Shown in pieces: positions 25,901 through 39,300 of a stretch of DNA of 64,000 nt. Below the pieces are notes generated by a model. The model was not told where the DNA came from. It did no database searches and saw only the letters and a list, made by a program, of their open reading frames with translations. Location of the stretch: positions 1,488,001 to 1,552,000 of the forward strand of contig OZ193909.1 in NCBI GenBank assembly GCA_964276515.1, in the 5' to 3' direction. This DNA is from Gordius albopunctatus. Its lineage: Eukaryota. Made by a program: the position numbers and the translations under genes. Numbering within the stretch: the stretch's first letter is position 1; the number at the start of each line of letters is the position of its first letter.

Positions 25901-26418
25901 TTTCTTTCTAAAAAATTATTTAAGTCGATATCAAAAATATTGCCCATGGCTTTGTTGGACGAAGGAATAAAATAATTTAATTTAAAAAATCTAAAAAATT
26001 TTGAGCTTTTTTAAAATTTATTTTAGAAAATTTGACCCAAGCTTATATGATTATTATAATTTTATTATTAAATTAACATTTTAATTTAAGAAACATAGTA
26101 ATTTTTTTGTAAAACAATGTTTTTTTAATTGATCTAAAATAAGTAACTTTTGTTGCTTTAAGGTCAATGCTTTGAATTATTTCCACCTAAATTGGTAAGC
26201 GCTATTTATTTGCTCAACCGGAAAATATATTACTACAAGGACAAAATTTAATTAAGGTAAAAAATTCTTAATTATGTATCCTGCAAATTTATTATGCACC
26301 TTTCACTGATATTTTTAGGTTTTTCAAAAAAAAAAAATACAATTTCTGATTTTCTTATTAATTTTCCTCTTTTATATGTTCAGAAAAATTTAGTTTTCAC
26401 CCTCTAGATGCCAGTTTA

Positions 26419-26528
26419 CACGGGCGTAGCCAGGGCGATGACACAAAAATTTTTTTCGATGCAAAAATCCGTAAAAATTAAAAAAAATTATGTTTTGCCC
26501 CCCCCCCCCCCCCAAGGCTACGCTCATG
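26419..26528. mobile_element. hAT MITE (GGGCGTAGCC family)
   Basis: TIR cacgggcgtagcc / ggctacgctcatg; perfect 8-bp TSD ccagttta. Confidence 0.85.
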
Positions 26529-26721
26529 CCAGTTTATGAATATAAAGCATTCACACTGTATCGTTGATATTTATAATTACTATAAGCTTAAGTAACAGTT
26601 GTATGTTAAACTCACCTACGACTGTAATTTTTAAAATATAGTTTTTCTTAAATTATGGGTTGTTATATAATTATAAAACTAAACATGTGTTTTCTAATAG
26701 ACTTCCATATTTTAAGAAAAT

Positions 26722-27296
26722 TTGATCCAACCCTTTGGTCATCATCCCCTCCATTGCAAATACAGCAAAGGCCGCAACCCCAGGCACACGGCGATCAACA
26801 AAATCATCGGCCAGTACCTTAGGAAGGCTGGCTACCCAAACACCTTGGAGTCCGTCGGCCTTAGCACCACCGATGTGAAAAGACCAGACGGGGTCCCACT
26901 CATCCCATGGTCCCGTGGACTGAATCTCATTTGGGACTTCACTACGATCGACATATTCGCCCCTTCAAACTCCTCTCCCGACCTTATAGTGAGTGCAGAG
27001 AATAGGAAGACAGCAAAATATTTTTCCCTCGCGGACACAATATTCATTCCCGTAGTGTCAACCACAATTGGAAATTTAATCGTTGAAGCTCTCGCTCTCC
27101 TGAAACAAATAGGAAAAGCGGTCTTCAGCGTTTCCTTAGATTTGAAAGAGTACTTTTTTATCGGGCAAAAGATCACAATGGTAATCGTTAGATCCAACAC
27201 GATATCCATACACGGATCAATGCCATCCCTTTAGTTATAGCGCGTTTTTATATTTTTTTAGTCGTGTATGTAATTTTTTGTATACCATTTAATAAA
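26722..27296 (+). mobile_element. 5'-truncated CRE-clade non-LTR retrotransposon (restriction-like endonuclease domain and 3' UTR)
   Basis: GHHPLHCKYSKGRNPRH, KRPDG..IPWSRG..LIWDFT, AENRKTAKY, FIPVV; AATAAA near 27291. Confidence 0.85.
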
Positions 27297-27442
27297 GATA
27301 TGAATTTAATTTTAAACAACACAATTGTAAAAAATTCTTATTTGAAACCCATTGCACTAAATTTTTATGGACATGGCTTATATTTAATCATCTTATACTT
27401 TATAGTCGTTAATTGATTTAACTTATTTAAAATAATTTGCAT

Positions 27443-27500
27443 TAGAGACCTGCATGGCAAGGCCGGCCCGCGGTCCACAGGCCCAAGCTCGTCCGAAGTT
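27443..27500. mobile_element. Orphan end of the TAGAGACCTGCA hAT family (another at 40256)
   Basis: The same 12-bp terminus as 31429, followed by GGCCCG repeats. Confidence 0.6.
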
Positions 27501-27886
27501 AAAAGTAATTAAAATTTATTTGACTTTATATTAAATACATAAATATAAAAACAAAAGAATACACATAATAGCTTGAAGGTAAAAATTAACATTTATTTGA
27601 ACAAAAATCTGGAATTTAAGCATAAACGGGAATAATTAAATAAAGTAAATATATATTTTTTAATATATTTCGTATAATTTAATAAATAATAAATTAAAAG
27701 GTGAGGAGGTAATGTTTGTTTTTAACTTTATTTCTGCAACATTTCCCTCGATTTTCAACGACTACTGGCAAAATATTTTATTTTGGTATTTCAATATATA
27801 TTATACAATCATTTTTTACGGCACAATTATGGAGCTTTGTTTTACACCACCATAAAAGTTAATTCAATCTAATTTGGCCTAACTAT

Positions 27887-27931
27887 GGCATACTGTGATG
27901 AGCTCCAATAAGGGCGAAAACGTTATATGTC
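27887..27931 (+). ncRNA. Degenerate minimal type I hammerhead ribozyme-like motif
   Basis: GGCATA-CTGTGATGA-GCTC(CAATAA)GGGC-GAAA-ACGTTA-TATGTC: stem I GGCATA/TATGTC, stem II GCTC/GGGC, GAAA, palindromic AACGTT stem III. The core has an extra TG relative to CTGATGA. Confidence 0.55.
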
Positions 27932-29399
27932 TGTTACTATTTTCGAGTCACGTGCTAAAGAGATAGGGATCAATTTAGCCAAATAAGTCCCTCATTTAAA
28001 TATTATTACCCTAGATGGCATATAAATTAAATATATTATTATTTAATTCCCCCTGTTACCACACGTCGTATACCGGGCCCTCTCGTCATAAACCCGAATG
28101 GAAATCGATTCAAATCCTTATTTCAATATTACAATGATCATCATGTAGCATTAGCTGTTACATTTCTGTCCCTATTCAAAAGCTTACATATTGGTAATAT
28201 ATTATTTTCCGGTAATTTTGGGATTAACATGTTTATCATAAAGTATAAAAAAATTTTTTTCGAAGATTAATTTTTCATTTCGGAGGATGATGCCAGTTAA
28301 AAGATTTAAGACTCCAACGAAGTCGACACCTATCACGGATTAAATTTAAAACCATGGTGGAAAGAACATTAACTTGTGCTATCCAATTTAACAAAAGTAG
28401 CTACGCTGTTAAATCTTTGCCAATTTCATCCACTAGCTCAACGAGTGAACGGACCTACCTTCAGTAAGGAAAGCCGTCTTATTGAATAGAGATGATCAGA
28501 TTGTTGGTCTATAAAATAGATATTGCTTTTTTAAACGACTATATTTACAATTTTTTAATAAAACTGATTTTCTGTGCTATAGCTTAGTTGCTTTATGAAA
28601 AATAAAAAATATTTTTGATACAATAATCCAACAACGTCGACTTGTTTTTACTAGTGAGGGCCTGATGCATCGCAATGTTTGGGTTTTATAGGCTGGGTGT
28701 GGAACGAAAAATATATTTGTGTGGTTATAATTCGGCCCTGAACCTATTTCGGTCCATGCAGGGTCTCTAGGTGGGATCAATTAGCTAGGGATCTTATCAA
28801 AAGGAAATAAAATCTATATAAATCGTGGCATAAATCAAATAAGTCGGAAAAATATCAATAATATAGGGAAGCAAATAAATAGATCCTAAGAAGGCCGTTA
28901 CAATAGCGAAGAACATCGCATATACCTAGTGTTGTGTAGGGCGTGCTATAAGGCGCGCCCTACGATCTGTTGAGGTGGTCCCTTAGTCTTAATAAGAGAG
29001 CCACACCAACACTGTTAGTATCCTTTTCTTGGTAATACATTCAGTGTGGGTGTTTTACAAACCGACCATCAGTGTATAATTTTTTCATAGAGACCCTGAT
29101 GGACCATTATATATAGGCTTAGGGGGTGTTGGATTGTTGTCATTGTCATCAAGTAAATAGTACAAGGTACCCCCCCCCCCCCCCTCATGTCTTATTTGTT
29201 TTATCAATGTGATGGTTAATATAACTAGAAAAGATGGCACATGTGGCGCTTAATAAAAACAAGTGCGCTCGACCCATGGGAAGGAAATATTAAAAAAGGG
29301 ACCTTACACTAGGGAAGCGCGTCTTACGAAGGACTTTTATAATGTTCTGGGTACTTCAGTCTGTTTACTTCTTTTAATGCGCTGGTCTAAAATGACGCG

Positions 29400-30560
29400 C
29401 TTAAACACGTCACTACATATACCCAGTTGACAAACAAATTGGACCATAAAAGGGGCGATAGGCATACGTCTTAACTGGTGAAGGTAAGGGAGAACAAAAT
29501 TTGCGATGTCGGAGTGCTTTTAATAGCTAAAAACGCTAAGGGTAGAACCTTATTCAAGCCAATAGAGGTGACGGAGAGGTGAAAAGGATGTTTTAAGGAA
29601 TTTATAAATATTGTAAATGACAAAGATTCCTTTCTCGATATTAAGACAAACATAAGTATAGTCGAACTCTAGGGAGATAAAGTTAAGACACTAATGAAAA
29701 AAATTGAACAAAAAGAAAAGCGATTGGTCCAAATGTAATTCATATGGAAGCATGGGCCGAGAAGAAGAAGTCACGACCATGACGAACCACTATTGGAACT
29801 ACAATTGGGGACTCTAAACCATCGGTTTGAAATTGGATTACATAGAGGATCTGCTGTAAGTCTTTTACATAATTATGGACACGATAAGGAAAGACATTCA
29901 AAAGCTATCGCTATGGTATATGCTATATGAGTACTATGTGAAGACAAAGGAGAAAGTATTCGAAGAAACCAAAAAGTGGTTAAAGCACTTAGTTGGATAT
30001 GGTTTAAAGGTTAGCAATTAATAAACGGTATACTTCAATGTGAACGTCACAGACACCCCATCGCTAGATGACCATTACCTCTCGATGTTACATAAAGAGG
30101 GAGATTACGCAAAAGAAGTCAATGCACGGATCGGAAAAGGATGGCTTAAAGGCCAAGTATATCTCCGTTGTAATTTGTGATAAGAAGATACAATTATGCT
30201 TGAAGAGCAAAGCTAAAAAATCCATTGTAAGACCAGTGCTAGTTACGAAAGTGAAACATGGGCATTAAACGCCACAGAAGTAAAGTTATTACAAACCACG
30301 GAGATGAGAATCATACAGTGTAGCTTAGGGTATGCTATGCTCGACCATATGACAAATGACATTCTCATGGTTAAGACGGACTTGATTAACGAGAATGGGC
30401 TAAGATTACTAAGCATGGATTCGAATGATTAAATCAAAAAGAAATGGACATGGAGGTGTCGCGAAGAAAGGAAAGGGACCACCTCATTTTACGTGGAAAG
30501 CGTCAGTAGACCAAGTTATGAAAGCCAAGAAGATAAACTAGAACGTGGCGCTTGCCTCTG
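29400..30560 (+). mobile_element. Highly degenerate RTE-clade LINE fragment
   Basis: Segments GLHRGSA, YGLK, VICDKKIQLCLKSK..KSIVRPVL; colinear at nucleotide level with the copy at 33745-34858. Confidence 0.75.
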
Positions 30561-31663
30561 AGATTCAAAGCTAAGATACTCATTTATCAAATAAACACGG
30601 CTTTATATAGATGACTGCGATTAATAAATACAACCAAAAAGACATAAATTTAAAATAAGGCTCTGTGTATTTTCAGTGTTTCAAATAGCGAAGCGTATAT
30701 TCAAAAAACTAACACCGCACTCCAGCTTCAATACGAAATATGTCTAGTAAAAACGAACCCTTGACAACTGTCACTACACTTTACAACACCGCTAGAAATT
30801 CCAAGGCGTGCATCTAATTCTGTACTATCATCCCCGATGAATTACTTTTCTAGGAATTTACGTTAATCATCCGGTAATGGAAGGACGGTGCCGGCTGTAG
30901 TAAATATAGTTATTCACTATTACAGTTGGCATAAATGGATCTGTTATAATATTTGGGTCAAACGACGTCATTTGAAAGCATGAGTTATATTTACAAAAAA
31001 CAGTGTTATGATCAAATTTAAGTATTATAAGCATAATACTATCGCTACCCGAGAATTGAAGTAGTGATGTTTAAATCCTTGGTTAGGTTTTCCCGAGGTC
31101 TAACCTGAGTTCGGTATAAGGTTCAGGCTGTAAAAAATCTTTAAGTTTTTTTTCAGCTCCCAAGCCTTAACGTAAGGTTGACACCAAAACCTTCAGGTCA
31201 TTTATTCACCCAACCTGAAACCTCTTAGGTTAACCTAAAAAATTTTTGTGATAAATTTAAGTAATTTTATTTTAAATATATTCCTTTTGTCAGGGTTGCA
31301 TTAATTTATTTTAAAGATACATAATTTTAAATGAATGAAAAAGAGTTAGCTGTTATTATTAAAAAATTTTGAGAAATTTGAAATATATAAATGTTTAAAT
31401 ATTTAAAATGTATATTAATAATAGTGCCTAGAGACCTGCAACGGGCCTGTTTAGGTCAGTCGGCCCGGCCCCGTAAAAATTAAAGGTGACAGGCCCGGGC
31501 CCGGCCCGCTAATTAATTGCAAAGCCCGAGCCCGGCCCGGGCCCGTATACAAAATTTTTTAGTTTGCTAATTTCTGTTGGATTTTAATTTTTTTATTAAA
31601 ATAAATCAATATATCTATATATTACAAATATTAATAATAATCATGTAAAAATAATAAATCATC

Positions 31664-32645
31664 TCAGGTCTCAAGCGAGTTCTTCTTTCTATTTAAGCCA
31701 CTTTGCTTAAAGTACCGTACTAGAGTTTTAGTGTCATTTATCATGTTCAAGACATCTGGAGCATTTTCTTCCAAAAATAATTCATTAAAAGCCCCTTTAA
31801 TGATATTATTTATCTGGTGAGCCTTACAGTCCAGTCGTCTATAATTTTGTAGAGCACTTACGATATTGGCCCCTTGATCTGAAACAAATGTGATTTTAAA
31901 AATATCATTTAGAGAAAATCCGAATGATGTTAATTTATTTAGGATTTCACTTTTAATATTTTCTGCATTTTTTTTTTCATGTGGGAATTGCGCTGTGAAC
32001 AATAAGTTTATCATTAATGTAGTGTATACTTAATGTTATATAAGAATTCTTGGTATAGTCATCTGTCCACATGTCTGTGGTTGCCGAACACAATCCCCTT
32101 TCCACATATGATATTACTTCTGGTAAAATTAGCTGTCTTACAGCAATGGCAGACTGCTTGACATGCCTGGCTAGAGTAGTTGGATGAGGCATTATGTCCT
32201 ATATCTTCACTTGTCCAGCTATTGAAACACTATCCATCAAAAATTGGCAAAAATTTTTAAATCCTTCTTTGGCTAAAGCTTCAAAGGGTCTTAAATCTTT
32301 GGCACAGAATTTAATTGCCTCATCTATTATTTTGGTTTTTAGGAGTTTTGCTTTTTTTGGATCCTTCACCGTAATAAATTGATCCATCGTTCCAGACTTT
32401 GATTCATTGCTAGCACATTTATGTCTTTTAAGATGGGATGTTCCATCAGATGGTTTGTAGGATAAATACTTTTTGCAAGTTTTGCAGATGCAAATAGTAG
32501 CTTGGTTGTCATTTTCATCCACTAGTATATCAAACTTTTTCCACACACCACTCTTCAAGTTATGGTTTAATTTTATTTTGAGATTATGGTGAATTCTTTT
32601 GTCAACCGTTGTTAATTCTTCAGACATTGTTAATTCTTCAGACAT
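31664..32645 (-). pseudogene. hAT transposase, N-terminal half
   Basis: BED finger (VWKKF..CKTCKK..GTSHLKRHKC), DLRPF, TTDMWTD, VSDQGANI, CKAH. In-frame TAG at 32199-32201, a frameshift near 32010, and the C-terminal half is absent. Confidence 0.9.
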
Positions 32646-32845
32646 GCTAACATATAATGTACTATTTCTAAAACAATTATCTAATTAAAATATAAGATTC
32701 TGTTATAGAGTGAAAATCTCAAATAGTAATATAACAAAGTTTTAAAATTAGAATATTCAAAATATTAATCTTGAAATTTTATTAACTTACTCTTAAGTTT
32801 GTAACTAGAAGGATAATGTAGTTTATTCCTGTATATAGTACCTCT

Positions 32846-33048
32846 TAGAGTTGTTAAATTGCTAACTTTCTTCAACTCCAGCTACCATCTGCTCGAGTTT
32901 CTGCTCGGTCCACGGGCATTTCCATATGCTAATGTTCTACCTAATGCACCGAACAGAGAGCACATATTGTGCTAACGCGCATATTAAGCAACTTAGTGTG
33001 CGTGCTCGCGTCTGGAGTTTGAATAAAGTTAGCAATTTAACAACTCTA
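32846..33048. mobile_element. Young hAT MITE nested inside the hAT element
   Basis: Perfect 24-bp TIR TAGAGTTGTTAAATTGCTAACTTT; perfect 8-bp TSD gtacctct. Confidence 0.92.
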
Positions 33049-33744
33049 GTACCTCTACACCTAGTGAAAACTTCTCTATTTGAAATTTGAATCGCGCGGT
33101 ATTTTGGTAAATGAATGAATAAAGAAGGAAATTCATATGTATTTTCATTGTCAATTAGACAAAAATCAATAGAAAAAAAATAATAAAAAGCTTAACACAT
33201 TTTTGTTTTTACATTATATTTCTAGTATAATAAAAAATTAAACTATTTTGCAACGGGCTTTTAGCGGGCCTCAGTTTAATCTAGGCCCGGCCCGAGCCCG
33301 TTAGGGAATTGAACGGCCCGTCCAGGCCCGGCCCGTTTATTTTTTTTAAACCTAAAGCCCGGCCCGCGGGGCGGCCTTTTAGGCCCATCCGCGGGCCGGG
33401 CCGGGCCGTGCAGGTCTCTATTAGTGCCATCTATATATTAAAAGGTTTTAACAAAGCGTTGGGATACATTGCATTGCATGCATACACTATGAAGCATAGC
33501 AGTGATAGTGTGGGTTGTGGGATAAAATTATGGGACTGGGTAGGGTGTGTGTCATATGCGTATCTTATAAACCTTATACAAACTTACCTTTTTGTTATGT
33601 TCGGGGTGGGAACCATAAACACACCCCGTTCTCTCCCGCACATTATTCCTTCCAACCTTGACACACCCGGTTCCAACCTCAACCCACCTCGTTCCACTTA
33701 GACCCCGCTTTGTTCTAACCTGGCATTAGAGATACCAAGCTAAC

Positions 33745-34858
33745 TTGTCAGATGTCACTACTTGAAGCTTATGGAAAAGATCTTAGTAACAAGGCTGAAA
33801 AACAAGGGGGAAATATCGGCTAAACAATTCGGATTTGTGGCCGGAAAATCCACAATCGACCAAATCTTCGCACTAAGACAAATGATGGATAAATTTGGCG
33901 AAAAGAGAATCTACATATGGTCTTTATCGACTTAAATAAAGCTTATCACTCGGTCCCTCGCGATTTAATATGGTGGTGCATGAGAAAAAAATAACCCCTA
34001 CGCATATATATGGCTCATGAAAAAAATTTATAAATCCTCAAATTCTTGCGTTAAAACGACAGTTGGAGACTCTAAATCTTTTCGGATTGAATTTAGATTA
34101 TATCCAGGATCTGCTTTAAGTCCCTTTTTATTCAATATATAGAAAGTAGTTGAAGAAGCCGAAAAGTGGTCAAAGCGCTTAGCTGGATATGGTTTAAAGA
34201 AACGATCGAAAAAGAATATACATGGAAATAAACGGTAGAGGCAGCCCATCGCTGAATGACCATCTAAAGTACCCAAATGTAGTCAGATTTACATGCCTCA
34301 GCTCGATGCTACATTAAGAAAGAGGTTGCGCTATAGAAGTCAATGCCCGGATCCAAAAAGGATGGCTTAAATTGCGAAGTATATCCGGAGTAATGTGAGA
34401 TAAGGAAACGACAATGTGGTTAAGAGCCAAGCTTACAAATCCATCCTAAAACCGGTGTTTTCTATGGAAATTAAACATGGGAATTGAACACTACAGAAGA
34501 AAAGCTATTACAGGCCACAGAGATGAGAATGATACGGTGGAGCTTGGGGTATACTAAGCTCGAACATATGACGAATGACTTTCTCGTGACAAAAATGGGT
34601 ATTCAACTTATGGCGGATATGATTATCGAAAATCGACTAAGATTGTATGTGCATATACTAAGAATGAATACGAATGACCTAAATCGTGGACATGGAGTTA
34701 CCGGAGAAGAGAGGACGACCGCTTGCCACGTGTCGATAAAGTTATGAAACAAAAGTGATTCGTCAAGATATAGCACTCCCCCGGTCAATGGAAGAAACTT
34801 ATCAAAACAAACCCCACGAATGTTGGACCAAATAACTGATAAAGAAGAAGAAGAAGAT
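33745..34858 (+). mobile_element. RTE-clade LINE 3' part (RT to tail), degenerate
   Basis: QFGFVAGKSTIDQIFALRQMMDK, FIDLNKAY, PGSALSPFLF, EMRMIRWSLG; (GAA)n tail at about 34843-34858. Confidence 0.88.
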
Positions 34859-35844
34859 AAACACCATAAAAACACTATTTTTTATATATAAAAAAAAGGT
34901 TTTGCCCTTAATAATAGCTAGGCCCGTCCCTAGCCCTTTTTATTACCATAACGCCGTCCCAGCCCGGTCCGCAATTTTTAAAGCCCATTCATGCCCGGTG
35001 TAGTAAAACAGAGGCCAGCCGTGTTAAATATGAGCTGTCAATCAATCAAAGGTCAATTTTTGCTATTTTTAGGCTAATGTTTTTTTTTAAATAAAGATGA
35101 GACCTCTTTTTTCGAGATTTTACATTAACTTTATAACATCACTTTTGGCACTACATCTTGCACTCAACAGGGCTATTAGTCATAATTTAAAATTAATTAA
35201 TTAAATCGTGTCACATAAAGACATTACAAAGGCAAACTTTTCTCATGGGCTTGAGAATTTATAAATAGCCCATTGATTATATTGACATCAAGCCTTTCAA
35301 ATAATTTACGATTCTCATTGTTATAGCAAATCTTTAAACGACTATATATCTAAATGTAAATAATAATCCCCAAAATTGTAACAAAATTATAAATATTTAA
35401 TTGTATTTACTTTTTATTTTTGTGTTACTCGTGCGAAAAAACGGATGAGAAAGCCTAAGATCTAATACGACAAGAACATGGGCAATGAAGGGTTGGGTTA
35501 AACGGACATAACGGATAGGGAATTGTGGACAAATGTAAAAAATAAACTCGGGCTTCGGCCCTCGTGGGAAGGGGAGGAGGGGAAGGGAAGGGGGAACGAA
35601 ACTCATTGATTCTCAGTATAAAAGTAGCATATTTGCTATGCAATTTATGGGCGAGAAAGGTGGGAAGGGGCGAGAATGCCTATAGGGGGTATTAAATGTA
35701 AAATGATTAGTTAATTATTTATTCAAGTTTTCAATCACTTTGACCAGTGGTGATCTTTTCTAATGGTTAGCAGACAGCCAAATAACTAGCCTATAATTAT
35801 AATCAAGGAAAAAAATCGATTTTAATCTCACTTTGGCCAATGGT

Positions 35845-36081
35845 AATTTTTTTAAGAAGAGACACAAATTACGTAAATCGAAAAGTACTGGACATGGAGG
35901 TACCGGGCAAGAGAGGAAGAGGACGACCTCGTGTCACGTGGAAAGGGCAAGTCGATAAAGTAATGAAAACAAAAGAGATTAGTCAAGATATGGCACTCAC
36001 CCCGTCAAGAGGGAAGAAACTCTTCAAAACAAACCACACGACTGTGGGACCTAATAACTGATAAAGAAGAAGAAAGAAGAT
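35845..36081 (+). mobile_element. Short 3' end of an RTE LINE
   Basis: VLDMEVPGKRGRGRPRVTW, followed by the same aataactgataaagaagaa tail as at 34830. Confidence 0.85.
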
Positions 36082-36324
36082 AAGTTGAATTATTATTTTG
36101 TATGACTTCACCCATTTATATTTTATCTTTAGTAGAGTTTAGTCATTGGCTTAACTTAATCTATAAACCGCATCCATTTTTGCTCGGTAATATTGTTTTG
36201 TAGATATGTCTACGACAAAAATCTTGCTAAATTTGATAGCTTGCTTAATTTGTCATATGACCTAATGTTTACTTGCTAGTTTACATTTTATTTTATAAGG
36301 ATCGTGAAACAATTATATAATATA

Positions 36325-39300
36325 CCTTATATATAAAAATGAAACTATGTATATATGCCTCCACCAATTTCGGAAATCTACCAGACCGATTTGGCTCAAA
36401 GTTTCACAGTTTATTATTGACACTCCGGAGCATGTTTTAAGATATGTTCGAGCCAAATCGGTCCAGTAGTTTTTGAGAACGTTTTAGTGCCTGATTCACA
36501 AAAAACTACCAGACCGATTTGGCTCAAAATTTCACAGTTTATTCCTGACACTCCGGGGCATTTATTCCACAACAAAAATCATTTAATTAAATTATTCAAA
36601 ATCGCATTAGAGCGAATGCCAACGGATGATTACAAAATCGTAATAAAAGCAGTTAAAAAACACCATCAGGCGCACATGAAAGACGCTTTAATGCACCAAC
36701 AATCGATGAAGTGGCAATCGTAATGGTCGGAATCGAATTTGATCGTCGAGATATCATTATCAACAGAAGGGATGAGAATCTGGAAAGTATTGATGCAACA
36801 CACAGATCATATGATGCCCTTCAATATACCATACTATTTTGCCAAGGGGAAGACGTATACCACTTTAATGTGATGCAAATTAATCCTGATTCAGGGGCCG
36901 CGACAACAAAAAGGGTGAATGTTATACTCTTTGTTATACGATGTTCTAGCGAAAATTATAATATGTGATCTTAATCTACTGAAATTCTTTCTCTAACAGG
37001 TGTCTTCTATGGATTTTTATGCATATCGCATAATAATTAGAGCTCAGCAATACAACCACATCTTGAAGTGCCGACACCTATTCCACCAATACATTGTCGA
37101 TATGTACGCAAAAATCGAGAGCGAACGCCTTATATTCTTCCGTCTTAATCATAGGTTACTCCGTGCCGAAAATTATATTCACTTTCGAGATGCAATCGAA
37201 CATGATGGTCACTCAACCAATGTTGAACAAATGGTCATACTTCCAGTTACGTATACCGGCAGTCCTAGACACATCGTGCGCAAATACGGATTTCCAGATC
37301 TTTTTATTACCTTCGCCTGCAATCCGGCTTGGACTGAGATCACTCATTTGCTTTTGGCAGGCCAAGCATCATCTCATCGACATGATCTCACCGCCAGAGT
37401 TTTCCGGCAAAAGTCATCACCAAAAATCACATTTACAGAGAAACTACCTGCTGGCTATATTCCATAGAATGGTTAAAAATAGGCTTACCACACGCTCACA
37501 TCCTAATTTGGCTGAAGGACAGAATTTTTCCTACTCATATGAATAATATTATATTGGCTGAACTGCCCGATCCGCAAGAAGATCCGCTACTATTTGAAAT
37601 CATCAGTCGTCATATGATTCATGGACCCTGCGGAGCAATGAATAGAGATTCACCATATATGAAAGACGGAAAATGCACCAAAAAATATCCAAGAGAAATA
37701 AGCCAAGAAACAAAAACTGGTGGCGACGGCTATCCGCTGTATAGACGCCGTAATCCAAACGATGGAGGTCATAGAGTCACCATCAAAGTGAAAACTGTTC
37801 CCGTAGAAATCGACAATAGATGGATCGTCCCTTACACTCCGTTGCTTTCAAAAATGTTCAAGGCCCACATAAAAGTGGAGTATTGCAATTCAGTGAAGTC
37901 TATAAAATACATCTGCAAATACGTCACCAAAGGCAGTGATATGGCAGTTTTTGGACTTACTAATACGCAAGCCGATGAAATCACATAATTTCAAATTGGA
38001 CGTTACATCAGCAGTAATGAGCTGTCTGGCGCATTCTCGTGTTCCACATTCACGAACGCTATCCAACTGTTGTACATCTCGCCGTTCACTTGGAAAATAG
38101 CCAACGTGTCTACTTCACGGAAGAGAACGCTGTGCAAAGAGCGGCGCAACCATCGAATACAACACTGACAGCTTTTTTCCTGTTGTGCCGAACGGATGTT
38201 TTCGCAAAAACTTTGCTCTTCCACGAAATCCCAAAATATTACACTTGGAACTCATCAAAAAAGTGTTTCAAAGAAGAAAACAAGGCACAATAGTTCTTGC
38301 ATATTCAGGCGTACGCATGTCTGATGCTTTGGGTCGAATGTATACTGTTCGCCCCAATAACGCCGAATGCTATTTTTTAAGAATGTTGCTCCACAACGTA
38401 AAAGAACCAACATCATTTCAATCCATTAAAACCATCTATGGTGAAGTGTGTGAGACATATAGACAAACATGTCTCAAACTTCGCTTGCTTGAAAATGACC
38501 GACATTGGAATACGACATTAGAGGAAGCATCGCTCACATGTCTCCGGCACCAAATACGCGCTTTATTTGCAATCATTTTGACAACTTGCGCACCGTCTAA
38601 TCCGAAAGATTTTTGGGATACACACAAAGATAGCCTCAGTGAAGATATCCTTTTACAAGTACGTAGAGTGCATCCGGATATGGAGATACCATTTTCCGAG
38701 GACAAATTGTTTGTCAACGCTCAGGAAATACTCTTAGTCGCTGACCAAAAACATGCCTATACCACCGTCATGAAATACGTCACAAACGGTAACAGAGGCC
38801 TACTTTTCCTAGATGCGCCAGGACGAACCGGAAAAACATTTCTTCTTAATCCGATATTGGCTGAAATTTGGAGAAATAATAAGATAGCTCTCTCTGTCGC
38901 GTCATCGGGCATAGCAGCTACGCTACTCGAAGGAGGCCGCACAGCGCATTCAACTTTCAAACTCCCATTGAATATAAATATAAATGAAACTCCTACTTGC
39001 AACATCAGTAGGAACTCGGGTATTGCCACGGTACTAAAGACATGCACAATCATCATTTGGGATGAATGTAAGATGGCACATAAAAAAGCACTCGAGGCGC
39101 TGGATCGTACACTCCGAGATTTGAGACAGATTGCACGTCCAATGGGAGGAGCTCTCTTGCTGCTAGCCGGTGACTTCCGACAAACCTTGCCAGTCATCCC
39201 AAAGTCAACACCCTCTGATGAGCTCAATGCTTACCTGAAAGCGTCATATCTTTGGAGAAGTGTGAAGATAATCACGCTAACCACCAACATGCGTGTTCAT

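Larger units (their letters stand above)
31429..33420 (-). mobile_element. Internally deleted hAT (Hermes/hobo-like) DNA transposon
   Basis: TIR TAGAGACCTGCA at both ends; TSD atagtgcc / ttagtgcc; dense GGCCCG subterminal repeats; transposase remnant inside. Confidence 0.92.
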
